A DNA stretch of 49,433 bases from IMG/VR virus record IMGVR_UViG_3300036982_000470, positions 1 through 49,433 of that record. One strand, 5' to 3'. The notes below the pieces were generated by a model that ran no database searches, had not been told where the DNA came from, and saw only the letters and a program-made list of their open reading frames with translations. The stretch comes from a virus. Its lineage: Duplodnaviria > Caudoviricetes. Positions 36,883-45,584 of this stretch are shown here, piece after piece (position 1 is the stretch's first letter; each line of letters begins with the position of its first letter). The translations under genes and the position numbers were made by a program.

Positions 36883-37157
36883 CTAAATTTGCTGATATTG
36901 AAGTTGACATAGATAATTTAGCAAAAGGTCTGCTGGATTTAATTTATATCCACCCAGACAAATTCGCTCTATCGTATGGCTGCATTCCAGCCGATATAAT
37001 GTACTTATTTGACAAAATACTAACAATAAAAATACCGGATAACTGTATAAAAAACCACTACGTGATTGATGGCGTATACATACGCCAACAAATAACACAC
37101 GCCGTTATTTGTTCGATTTTAGAACAAGCTTGTAAAGACAAAACTTGTTTAGTTTAG
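36879..37157 (+). CDS. Hypothetical protein
   Basis: 92 aa, AGGAG SD, ATGA overlap. Confidence 0.65.
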   Translation: MTKFADIEVDIDNLAKGLLDLIYIHPDKFALSYGCIPADIMYLFDKILTIKIPDNCIKNHYVIDGVYIRQQITHAVICSILEQACKDKTCLV

Positions 37158-37204
37158 TTCACTAGAGGCAGGTCACACCGTGACCTGCCCATAGTGGCCT
37201 AACT
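37154..37204 (+). other. Long interrupted intergenic hairpin
   Basis: CACTA-GA-GGCAGGTCAC-ACC-GTGACCTGCC-CA-TAGTG with further flanking pairs. Confidence 0.75.
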
Positions 37205-37257
37205 TTAAAGATTCTCTTTAAAACTAAACCACTGTTTTAAACTTGCAAAGGAAACTT

Positions 37258-37557
37258 ATGATAAAGGTTATATTCGTTTTAGCCATAATGCCTGTAATAG
37301 CCGGTTGCGGGGTCGCCTACGCTCCAAACCCATTTACCAAGGGTCACATAGCCATTGTGGCCGATGAAGCTGGCATGAGGGCATTTTCTGACCTACAGAC
37401 GGGGCTGGTAAATGAAGCTAAGACTTCACCCGATGTCAAAGGCGCTCACTACCAACACCGTGACCTATCCGAACAGGAAGAAACCAAACGAGCTTATGCT
37501 CCTGGTTTTCTCCAAGGCCTCTTTACACCCAAAATTGAAGGGAGCAATCAAAAATGA
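37258..37557 (+). CDS. Lipoprotein
   Basis: Start at MIKVIFVLAIMPVIAG|C (AAGGA SD); lipobox IAGC. Confidence 0.7.
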   Translation: MIKVIFVLAIMPVIAGCGVAYAPNPFTKGHIAIVADEAGMRAFSDLQTGLVNEAKTSPDVKGAHYQHRDLSEQEETKRAYAPGFLQGLFTPKIEGSNQK

Positions 37558-37637
37558 ATGAATGCATAAAATTCGTTTTATATGGAACTTCTTTTGTCGG
37601 ATTTTTATATTTACTTAGTCAAACCAATATGTTATAG
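37554..37637 (+). CDS. Small hydrophobic peptide (27 aa, not in the track)
   Basis: MNECIKFVLYGTSFVGFLYLLSQTNML; GGGAG SD and ATGA overlap. Confidence 0.5.
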   Translation: MNECIKFVLYGTSFVGFLYLLSQTNML

Positions 37638-37645
37638 GTAACTAT

Positions 37646-37849
37646 ATGAAAAGAAAAGACTTTATTATCTCTATCTTAAACGATTCTGCCCATGGTGAAA
37701 CAACACCGCTTAAAGGATTAATTTACTATCTTAGAGACGATTGTAATATCTCTGTCGAGAGGATAGTTCACATAGCAAGGAAGCATTTCAGTATTCCTGT
37801 AAGTGTTAGCCTAGCGACTCTTGATACCATACTCCCGGAGTTAAGCTAA
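37646..37849 (+). CDS. Hypothetical protein
   Basis: 67 aa, AGGT SD, last gene before the terminator. Confidence 0.6.
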   Translation: MKRKDFIISILNDSAHGETTPLKGLIYYLRDDCNISVERIVHIARKHFSIPVSVSLATLDTILPELS

Positions 37850-37857
37850 ACAACTCC

Positions 37858-37893
37858 TAGGTACCTAGAGCATTTGCTTTAGGTACCTATTTT
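37858..37893 (+). terminator. Intrinsic terminator closing the early cluster
   Basis: TAGGTACCTAGAGC-ATTT-GCTTTAGGTACCTA followed by TTTT. Confidence 0.7.
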
Positions 37894-37904
37894 CATCCAC
37901 CAGA

Positions 37905-38001
37905 CGTATGGGACGTATGGGACGTATCTCTCCTATTGTTATATATTCTTTTAAATTCAATAGCCAACAATAAGAGGTATGCGTCCCATACGTCCCATGC
38001 G
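37905..38001. repeat. Inverted iteron array around an AT-rich core; putative replication origin
   Basis: Arms 37905-37940 and 37966-38001 match at 31/36 positions. They are built from 9-bp GGGACGTAT units around a 25-nt AT-rich spacer, directly downstream of the primase-helicase gene. Confidence 0.75.
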
Positions 38002-38040
38002 GCACTTTTAGAACAAAACCGCACAGTTGCAAATACCCTA

Positions 38041-41000
38041 TTAAGGAACTAGCATTTTACCTTCGCAAACATCGTTTTGTAATTCAGGATAATTCTCATA
38101 TAATAAAACAGAGTTTAATTCTATGCCTATATATCCCCTACCTGGCTGACTATCAAACATGAATTTATTACCATACCTACTCATTGGGAACATCTGTTCG
38201 ATCACTGACTTTATCTTTAATTCAATCCTACCGCTGAGCTTTATGTTCTTCATCTCGGCTATACTCGTTATTAAATCGGTTATAACAGAGCTTTTAATTC
38301 TTCCTTCGGTATTTCTGACCAAATATTTCCTTACAAATGTATCTACCAAGTCTAAATTATCCGTTACTTCCCTAAGTCCGGTGTCTAGAGCTCTACTGTC
38401 GTCGACTTGGAGCGGCTGCTTTTCCTTTCTAGCTTTACTCCAGGCGATGGCAGAGAGCGTCGCAATAGCCCCAGCTTCAACCTGGAGTATTTGAGCTGCC
38501 GGGTCAACCTCGTTTTCGGCTTCAAACGACTTCTCAAAACCCACTACAATCATCCTCGACCTTACGGCATGGCCCTTATCTTGGTAATTGGGCGGCTCAT
38601 TTGATTGAAGAATAAATTTTGCAGTGACATCATCCTCAAAAGGCTGCCCATACTTAGCTTCAAACATTATCCTTTCACCGCCTAAAAGCTTCTTTAAATA
38701 ACCCATTCTCTTTTCATGTTCTCCGGCGCTGCCTTCCACCTCTTCAAAACAAACCACTAGCTTATTGTGAATTCCAATGGTTTTAAAGGTATTATCCAGC
38801 ATGGTGTAATCCCCGGAGCAGTAGTTACTAGACCCAAGCAGACCACAAAGTAACCTAGCTATTGAACCTTTTCCGGCTCTTGTGGGCCCATAGAAGAAAC
38901 AAAACTTCTGTTTTGAAAAGTCTGTTGTCATGGAATACCCCATAAACCGGAGTAGTAGCCTTACTATGCCTGTGTCTGCCGGAAACCAGTCTGTCATGTA
39001 TTTACTAAATACTGGCAGTAGCCCCTTAACCTCTTCTCCCTGGCCAAGCCTTGCCTCTATATCTCTATCAAAGCGGCACCATATGGGGTGACTGTACTTA
39101 ATCGGAGCCATCAAATCTTCTGTAAACAGCCCTGACCCCAAATCAAATACACCGTTTTGAAATACAATAATATCAGGCTTTTGCCTCGGCTCTACTGCCC
39201 ATAGCTCGGCAGAAGCCAGTGCTACTTTACTAAGCACCATAAGCTGAGTGTTTGTAATAGGCTTTGACTCCCCGTCTTCCCGGATGGTTTTACTATCTAA
39301 TACTTTTAACGCATGTTCTATAACGCTTTTAAACCCTTCTTCGGGTAGCTTTACCGGGTAACAAATAGACTCACCATACTTACTTAAGTGCTTTACATGG
39401 GCGTATATGCCATCCTTTCTAAATACTCCTACTAAATGCCACCTAGAACAAACATACTTAGCAAATCCGTGTGCCTGTTTCATTCTAACTGCGGCGCTAA
39501 GCTTAGCCAAAGCGTGCCTCCCTTCCTCCGACCCATTACCCCATAAAATGTCCCCAAACCTATCGGCCACTTCTATAAGGCTTTCAGGTATTTCTTGTAT
39601 TTTGCTCGCCTTTTTGTCCGCTGTTTTGTCCGGCTTCTCATTCTCATTCTTACCAGGAATGAGACTTCCATTTTCATTTTCACTCGTACACGAGTGAAAA
39701 TCACTCTTGTCATTTTCTAAAAATGACTCATCATTTAGCCTAATTACAGGGTCTATCCCTCTATCGGAAAAGTTAGTTTCACTCTCCACGAGTGAAACTA
39801 CTGTCTCATTACTGTGCCCGTTGCCCCCGTTTTTAGACCACCAATCAACCGTATGCTCCCCCATAATTACTTCCTGAAATAGGTGCTCAGGCTTCAATTC
39901 CTGCCCTACTCTACAGGTGTTTTCCTTGTTTGGTTCGTGGTATCCGGTGCGAATCGGCGGCTCGATAGGAGGCTCTACCCCATCAAACGGCCCAAAGTCT
40001 TTCTCTACCTGTTTTTTGGTTAGCTCTAGCCGTTTATTCCACTGCTCCCGGTCTACATCTACGTCTACCGCTACTAGTGGCTCTACTTCTGGCCCTTTAA
40101 TATCCCAAGGCCTAGTTTCTAGTACCTCCACCACTTCCGACAAGACCGCCACAGCTTCCTTGTCCCTTTCCGCCTTCCTTTCCAGCGCCTGCTGGGCCTT
40201 GTTCCAGGCCTTCCGGCACGTTTCCCGGACCTCACTCACCCCTAACCCTTCAGCAAAGCATTTGTTTAGCCCTAGCCCATACTCCACCGCGTCTTCTAGC
40301 CCTAGGCCCTCCTTGTAGCAGGCATCCTTGACGGTGAAATACATTACTGAATTACGACCAGCTTCAATGACAGTCTTTAATGTCCCTTCCTTCCCAACTA
40401 GCCCGCCTTTCCAGGCTTTGCGGGCAAGCTCGCCGATGGCCTTCCTTTCGGCGGCCAACTTCTCCCGGCCCTTCTCGGCCCAAACCCCAATTTCAGGCCA
40501 CGCCGCAAGCACTCCTTTCTCAGTAAGCTCTGCTACAAGCTCTGTCTCAAACACAATTCTGCTTTCAAAAAGCGTGCCATCTTTGCAGACTCTCTCAAAC
40601 CCAGGAACCCGCATCATGTGAGTCGGTTGTCCCAGATTTAAATCTCCTCCTAGTCGCCAAGCCAAACCAATTTGATACATCGACCACCGCTCCACCGGAA
40701 TTAGAAATGATACCTTCCAGTATACGTGATATTTACCGGGCGATGATTCGACAATTAATCCCGGAGCCATCTTTTTAATTCCTGCTAATTCATCTGCTGA
40801 AAGTACCCGGTCCAAATCCACACACAGTACCCGCACTCCTTTCATGTTTTCGGTGCGCCGTCCTAATCCGTTAGTTTCGAGAAGTGTTGTGTGAAGAGTT
40901 GATTCATTTCCAGTAGATCCAGTACGACTATTAATTTGCGGCACCTTATTATAAATATATTTTAGTTCGTTTATGTCGTTGGCATTATAGAAACAGCACG

Positions 41001-41112
41001 AAAACCCCGGTAAAATGGCCCCATTTGCATCAAACCAGGCACAAGTGAATACCGCTTTTTCACTCTTATTTAAGAACTTGAAAAATTTAATAGCTTCGTG
41101 TATATTGTTCAT
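38041..41112 (-). CDS. Primase-helicase: RepB-type (AEP) primase + PriCT + D5-like SF3 helicase
   Basis: VLCVDLD, ESSPGKYHVYW and MRVPGF (primase); GRN (PriCT); IVFQNGVFDL (D5_N); YGPTRAGKGS, VCFEE and ILQSN (SF3 motifs A/B/C). Confidence 0.9.
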   Translation of the reverse strand: MNNIHEAIKFFKFLNKSEKAVFTCAWFDANGAILPGFSCCFYNANDINELKYIYNKVPQINSRTGSTGNESTLHTTLLETNGLGRRTENMKGVRVLCVDLDRVLSADELAGIKKMAPGLIVESSPGKYHVYWKVSFLIPVERWSMYQIGLAWRLGGDLNLGQPTHMMRVPGFERVCKDGTLFESRIVFETELVAELTEKGVLAAWPEIGVWAEKGREKLAAERKAIGELARKAWKGGLVGKEGTLKTVIEAGRNSVMYFTVKDACYKEGLGLEDAVEYGLGLNKCFAEGLGVSEVRETCRKAWNKAQQALERKAERDKEAVAVLSEVVEVLETRPWDIKGPEVEPLVAVDVDVDREQWNKRLELTKKQVEKDFGPFDGVEPPIEPPIRTGYHEPNKENTCRVGQELKPEHLFQEVIMGEHTVDWWSKNGGNGHSNETVVSLVESETNFSDRGIDPVIRLNDESFLENDKSDFHSCTSENENGSLIPGKNENEKPDKTADKKASKIQEIPESLIEVADRFGDILWGNGSEEGRHALAKLSAAVRMKQAHGFAKYVCSRWHLVGVFRKDGIYAHVKHLSKYGESICYPVKLPEEGFKSVIEHALKVLDSKTIREDGESKPITNTQLMVLSKVALASAELWAVEPRQKPDIIVFQNGVFDLGSGLFTEDLMAPIKYSHPIWCRFDRDIEARLGQGEEVKGLLPVFSKYMTDWFPADTGIVRLLLRFMGYSMTTDFSKQKFCFFYGPTRAGKGSIARLLCGLLGSSNYCSGDYTMLDNTFKTIGIHNKLVVCFEEVEGSAGEHEKRMGYLKKLLGGERIMFEAKYGQPFEDDVTAKFILQSNEPPNYQDKGHAVRSRMIVVGFEKSFEAENEVDPAAQILQVEAGAIATLSAIAWSKARKEKQPLQVDDSRALDTGLREVTDNLDLVDTFVRKYLVRNTEGRIKSSVITDLITSIAEMKNIKLSGRIELKIKSVIEQMFPMSRYGNKFMFDSQPGRGYIGIELNSVLLYENYPELQNDVCEGKMLVP

Positions 41113-41288
41113 GGTAATTTCCTATAAAAAACATCCAATGAGCCTGGGAGAATTTAAAGAATATGAGAGACACCACTTTAAAATCTTCAAGGCTCTTTCT
41201 TTAGATACCTTAAAAATTCTCAAAGAAACATTCATAAAATAACTTTTTAATTATTGTAACACCCCTAAGAACTACAGGTGCATTTTTG

Positions 41289-41317
41289 ACCGTACGCTTA
41301 ATTGATAAAGCTGTCAA
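41289..41317 (-). promoter_or_regulatory. sigma70-like promoter toward the primase-helicase
   Basis: Minus strand TTGACA-N17-TACGGT. Confidence 0.55.
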
Positions 41318-41427
41318 CCAGTTTTTCAGCCTTGATATACCGAGCATTTCCATCATATCGGAATTGATTGAATTAAATACTAGTAATTATTAGTGATAAA
41401 ATCTTTATAAAAATCTATCAATTTTGA

Positions 41428-41456
41428 TTGACAGCCATCTTTCGGTGTGCTACATT
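41428..41456 (+). promoter_or_regulatory. sigma70 promoter for the replication operon
   Basis: TTGACA-N17-TACATT with an extended -10 TG. Confidence 0.75.
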
Positions 41457-41463
41457 TACATTC

Positions 41464-41583
41464 ATGTTAATTAAAAAAATAAAAACCATTATGCCTTCTA
41501 TGGAAATTGTTAATTGTATAGTAAGTGTTCTTGCTTTAATTTTAAGCCTTTGGGCACTCGCTAAAATACTTTCAGATTTATAA
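41464..41583 (+). CDS. Small membrane peptide (not in the track; start uncertain: 41464, 41491 or 41500)
   Basis: ...MEIVNCIVSVLALILSLWALAKILSDL; the stop abuts the next ATG. Confidence 0.4.
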   Translation: MLIKKIKTIMPSMEIVNCIVSVLALILSLWALAKILSDL

Positions 41584-41706
41584 ATGAAAAACTCTGAGCA
41601 TCCTTGGATTGAGTTATGGATTACGTTCATAATCTGTTTACTATTTTTTAATCTTGTAATGATTCTATCATTTTATTGGTATACTAAATGGGTTTACTGG
41701 TTTTAA
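41584..41706 (+). CDS. Small membrane peptide, 40 aa (not in the track)
   Basis: MKNSEHPWIELWITFIICLLFFNLVMILSFYWYTKWVYWF; tightly packed between its neighbours. Confidence 0.45.
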   Translation: MKNSEHPWIELWITFIICLLFFNLVMILSFYWYTKWVYWF

Positions 41707-41707
41707 A

Positions 41708-43060
41708 ATGAAACTTATTTACCCTTCCAATAAGACTCTTTATCCGTTTCAAATCGAAGCGATAGAGAAAACCATTCATTTTTTACGAGTCAATCCCACC
41801 TCCTCTTGTTACAACGCCTGTGAAATGGGGCTTGGCAAAACCATTCAAGCGATTGTCGCTCTAAACACTTTAGGCTACAAAAAAGTTCTTGTTGTTTGCC
41901 CTGCTATCATGCGGCTGGTTTGGGCGGATGAGATTAGAGCCTGGAGCGAGCCCCTATCCCCTAGCTACACAATTCTTAAAGGCTCTGATATTACCGGAAT
42001 GTTTAAAGTTCCCTGGAACTGGCTCATTACTTCTTACGATTTAGCTTCAAGTGCAAATCTTCTTCGCTACCTGCAAGATTTACCCTTTGATGCTATTATA
42101 TGTGACGAGGCCCACTACCTAAAAAACAGCAAAGCCAAGCGCACAAAAGCCGTGCTGCAGCATCTTTTCCCCAAAGCCAAATATCATTTAGCGCTTTCCG
42201 GGACTCCCTTCACTACGCGCATTGTTGACGGCTACACACTTTTTCACCGGATGCTCCCTTCTCGCTTTCCGGACTTCCCTTCATTTGCCGATGAGTTTTC
42301 GCATTGCAGAATAATGCATATTAGTGGAAGAGCCATTCGTGATTACTACGGCGTTAAAAACGCTGATGTGCTCCGCACAATTATCCGGCAAAACTTTTAC
42401 GTGCGCTATACCAAAGAAGAGGTATTAAAAGACCTGCCGCCCAAGCAGTTTAATAAGATTGCATTACCTGTCGAGTACGCGGTAGTGCCAAAAGAAGTTA
42501 GTAAAAGAGAGGAGCTTGAGACCCAAGCGAATTTAATCAGGCAAGCCCTTGAGGCCGGAAACCCAGCGCCTCCCTTGCCTGCCTCTTTAGCAGAACATAG
42601 GAGATTACAAGGTGAAAAGAAAGTTCCAGCCGTTATCGAGTTTGTGCAAAACCTTCTGGACCAAGATATACCAGTGGTTTTATTTGCCTGGCATAGAAAT
42701 GTCATTGCGGCATTACACCTTGCGTTTGGAAAATATAACCCTGGAGTCATCACTGGCGACACAGCGCCTGGCGCTCGTAGAACGGCTGTGGCTGCGTTCC
42801 AGAGCGGAGAAACGCTACTATTTATTGGAAACATGGGCGCGGCTGGTGTTGGAATTACACTCACAACATCGTCGACTGTGGTCCTTGCAGAGCTCGATTG
42901 GTCGCCTACAGTTGTCTCACAGGCGATTGACAGACTACATCGAATCGGACAGAGGGACGTGGTAAATGTGTACTACTTTTCGGTAGAAAATAGTCTTGAT
43001 GAATCTATTGAGCATGTACTAATGAATAGGGTAAGAGACTTTAAAAAGGTGTTGGAATGA
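41708..43060 (+). CDS. SNF2-family (SF2) helicase
   Basis: EMGLGKT, DEAH, LSGTP, GVGITLT and QAIDRLHRIGQ motifs. Confidence 0.93.
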   Translation: MKLIYPSNKTLYPFQIEAIEKTIHFLRVNPTSSCYNACEMGLGKTIQAIVALNTLGYKKVLVVCPAIMRLVWADEIRAWSEPLSPSYTILKGSDITGMFKVPWNWLITSYDLASSANLLRYLQDLPFDAIICDEAHYLKNSKAKRTKAVLQHLFPKAKYHLALSGTPFTTRIVDGYTLFHRMLPSRFPDFPSFADEFSHCRIMHISGRAIRDYYGVKNADVLRTIIRQNFYVRYTKEEVLKDLPPKQFNKIALPVEYAVVPKEVSKREELETQANLIRQALEAGNPAPPLPASLAEHRRLQGEKKVPAVIEFVQNLLDQDIPVVLFAWHRNVIAALHLAFGKYNPGVITGDTAPGARRTAVAAFQSGETLLFIGNMGAAGVGITLTTSSTVVLAELDWSPTVVSQAIDRLHRIGQRDVVNVYYFSVENSLDESIEHVLMNRVRDFKKVLE

Positions 43061-43062
43061 AA
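42990..43062 (+). repeat. 73-bp perfect direct repeat, copy 1
   Basis: ATAGTCTTGATGAATC...GGTGTTGGAATGAAA, identical to 43531-43603. Confidence 0.97.
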
Positions 43063-43356
43063 ATAGTTGAAAAATTGAAATATGTAATCGTTAGAACTTA
43101 TAGCGCCGGTGTTTTTGCTGGGCATTTAGTCAGTAGAACAGGCCAAGAAGTTGTTTTAACCAATGCTAGACGTCTGTGGTACTGGAAAGGGGCGGCGTCT
43201 CTGTCACAACTAGCTATGGAAGGAGTAAAGTACCCAGCTGATTGCAAATTTCCTTGCCCGGTTGATAGGGTGGAGCTTTTGCAGGCAATTGAAATTCTAG
43301 ACGTGACGGACGTGGCCAAAAAAATTATCGAAGACGTTCCAGTATGGAAAGTATAA
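43057..43356 (+). CDS. DUF6948-family protein
   Basis: YVIVRTYSAGVFAG...NARRLWYWKGAASLSQLAMEGV motif. Confidence 0.8.
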   Translation: MKIVEKLKYVIVRTYSAGVFAGHLVSRTGQEVVLTNARRLWYWKGAASLSQLAMEGVKYPADCKFPCPVDRVELLQAIEILDVTDVAKKIIEDVPVWKV

Positions 43357-43520
43357 TTAATGGCTACAATGGTTTTGGAATTGGTGATGGTTGGGGCTTC
43401 GACAATGGCGACGGCTCAGGCTTTGGCTCAGGAGGAGGCAAGGGGTCTAATTATGGTGACGGTTGTGGCTCTGGCTTTAGCGATGGCTACGGCAACGAAG
43501 AAGGAAACGGCGAAAGCTAG
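43344..43520 (+). CDS. Gly-rich GxG-repeat protein, 58 aa (not in the track)
   Basis: MESIINGYNGFGIGDGWGFDNGDGSGFGSGGGKGSNYGDGCGSGFSDGYGNEEGNGES. Such GDGSG tracts commonly accompany DUF6948 genes. Confidence 0.65.
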   Translation: MESIINGYNGFGIGDGWGFDNGDGSGFGSGGGKGSNYGDGCGSGFSDGYGNEEGNGES

Positions 43521-43530
43521 AGGATAATAT

Positions 43531-43603
43531 ATAGTCTTGATGAATCTATTGAGCATGTACTAATGAATAGGGTAAGAGACTTTAAAAAGGTGTTGGAATG
43601 AAA
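43531..43603 (+). repeat. 73-bp perfect direct repeat, copy 2
   Basis: Identical to 42990-43062; supplies the SD and ATG of 43598-43813. Confidence 0.97.
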
Positions 43604-43813
43604 GATGAGACTCCGGAAAGAATTTGGAAAGCGTTAACTACTAAAGCTGGAACTTTAAGAGCTATAGTTACTATGTTGCACCCTAAAAAAGGATTACAGG
43701 AGGAGTTAAGACTAACTACTTTAAAAATAGCTTACGAAGAGTATTTAGAAGCTAATGCTATATTACTTGAGTACTTAAAAGATGTAGTGGAACCGGAGAT
43801 AAAAAATGAATAA
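43598..43813 (+). CDS. Hypothetical protein
   Basis: 71-aa helical ORF. Confidence 0.6.
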   Translation: MKDETPERIWKALTTKAGTLRAIVTMLHPKKGLQEELRLTTLKIAYEEYLEANAILLEYLKDVVEPEIKNE

Positions 43814-44615
43814 ACAATTTAAAGGAGTATCTGCTTATGCGCTCTTATCAAAAACGTTTCCTATTCGCCGTTTTATTAGGTGTTATCCTTTTCCTATTTA
43901 TTATCCCGCTACTGCTATTCTTTTTAACCGCTTTGGAGTATCTTTTGGGCATATAAAAACCTTTTGTAAAGCATTCCCAATAAAGCACGCCCTTGAAGCC
44001 TTCTTCTCCTCCGGCCCGGCTAGGCGAAACCACTCTTTTGATATGTTTGATATATACCAAGACTTATCAGTGTCGGAGTACAATAGAGCTATTATCGCAG
44101 GGACTCTACCTAACATTGAGAAAAAGATTCATAAATTTGCTGTAGCTTTGCGGGACAATATAACTGATAAAACAAAACTCCTCATTTGCCCGGAGCTTGA
44201 AGACAATTTGTCTGACCACGCTTTTTGTATACTTTTAAATCTTTTTAAATCTGAATTTAAACTCTGGAAACCTCAGCCTACATTTGTCCGCTCTCCTTGC
44301 ACTGGAGACAAAGGATTATACGGCTGCTACTACGAAAGACACGGAAGAAACACTAAAGCTTGCGATATTTATAACCCTGACGGCGTTTCAGTTGATTTTG
44401 ATGACGGCGAGGCATATTTTGATACTATGAGTCTAAACTCCCTTACCTGGTATATGGCTAATAATAAAGCTGCAAAGCTTCGCCTTATCTGGAGTGCTAA
44501 TATGCAAGGCAATGGGCATGCTTCTAGCTTTAACTATAAGCCCCCCACAAAAAGAAACTTTATTGTAACTGATAACGCAATTCTTTACTGCCAAAAGATA
44601 CTAAACACTATTTAA
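43806..44615 (+). CDS. Hypothetical protein
   Basis: 269 aa, GGAGA SD; no motif recognised. Confidence 0.7.
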   Translation: MNKQFKGVSAYALLSKTFPIRRFIRCYPFPIYYPATAILFNRFGVSFGHIKTFCKAFPIKHALEAFFSSGPARRNHSFDMFDIYQDLSVSEYNRAIIAGTLPNIEKKIHKFAVALRDNITDKTKLLICPELEDNLSDHAFCILLNLFKSEFKLWKPQPTFVRSPCTGDKGLYGCYYERHGRNTKACDIYNPDGVSVDFDDGEAYFDTMSLNSLTWYMANNKAAKLRLIWSANMQGNGHASSFNYKPPTKRNFIVTDNAILYCQKILNTI

Positions 44616-44623
44616 GGACACTT

Positions 44624-44809
44624 ATGCAAAACTATAAAAAGCCCGTTAGACCTGTTATCTTAAATCCTATCGTTATTGACCCCTCTGCCTGGAGTTACAG
44701 GTCAAAGAAAGGCGAGTTTCTAACAGCTGAAATATATAGGGCTACTATAGCGTTTTTAATAATAAGCTCTATTTACTTTTTTATGTTGACAAGTGTCTTT
44801 CAATTTTGA
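44624..44809 (+). CDS. Small membrane protein
   Basis: AAGGA SD; C-terminal hydrophobic helix. Confidence 0.55.
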   Translation: MQNYKKPVRPVILNPIVIDPSAWSYRSKKGEFLTAEIYRATIAFLIISSIYFFMLTSVFQF

Positions 44810-44822
44810 TATTAAACTCTTT

Positions 44823-45584
44823 ATGCATTATTTATCCCTAGCTGCAATGGTACGAAACGAAGGTCCTTACCTAGAAGAGTGGATTAAGTGGCACTACTAT
44901 GCAGGAGTCGAACATTTTTATTTGTATGAGAATGATTCTACTGACGCCACAATGCCTATTATTGCGAGACTTTCCCATGATTATCCAATTACCTGTGTCC
45001 AAGTATCCGGCAAAGCTATCGTAAAAAGTGTGTACGAGTCCTGCGTAAAGGACCACTCAAAGGATTCCCGCTGGATTGCTTTCCTGGACGCTGATGAGTT
45101 TTTAGTAGCTAATGATAATCTTCAAAGGTTTTTAGTTCCTTACGAAAAGTACTCGGCGCTTACGGTTCATTGGTATCTTTTCGGCTCAAATGGCAGAACC
45201 GTTTACACTACTACTCCTGTAATCGAACGATACACTATGCGGGAACGTACTCCGCACAAGGCTTGTAAAACTATTTGCGCCCCAAGCCGCACGTTTGAAT
45301 GCTATACCTCTCACCGCTTTAAGCATGATACTGATCCTGTAGACGAGCATTTTGTGCCTATTACTACTGCTGTGGCACGCCTTGATAAGGCCACTTGTGA
45401 CCTAATTCAAATTAATCATTACGTCACAAAATCAAAAGAAGAATGCCTTAAGCGCCGCGCTGAAAGGAGACTTTCCACTGGTACTCCTCACGCCTCGGCT
45501 GAGCAGTATTTTAAAGTTCACGATAGAAACGAAGTAGAGGATTTAAAAGCTTTTAATGTTTGGAGAGGGATAAATGGAATATAA
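44823..45584 (+). CDS. Glycosyltransferase, GT92/GT2-like (GT-A fold)
   Basis: LAAMVRNEGPYLEEWIxWH, YENDSTD, WIAFLDADEF and INHYVTKSKEE motifs. Start at MHYLSL (the track gives 44793). Confidence 0.88.
   Translation: MHYLSLAAMVRNEGPYLEEWIKWHYYAGVEHFYLYENDSTDATMPIIARLSHDYPITCVQVSGKAIVKSVYESCVKDHSKDSRWIAFLDADEFLVANDNLQRFLVPYEKYSALTVHWYLFGSNGRTVYTTTPVIERYTMRERTPHKACKTICAPSRTFECYTSHRFKHDTDPVDEHFVPITTAVARLDKATCDLIQINHYVTKSKEECLKRRAERRLSTGTPHASAEQYFKVHDRNEVEDLKAFNVWRGINGI

Noticed and set aside
39407-40621. Plus-strand ORFs inside the primase-helicase gene
   Set aside because: Ser-rich antisense shadows of a well-supported gene.
44786-44815. TTGACA upstream of the glycosyltransferase as an internal promoter
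   Set aside because: No good -10 hexamer at 17-bp spacing; too weak to call.
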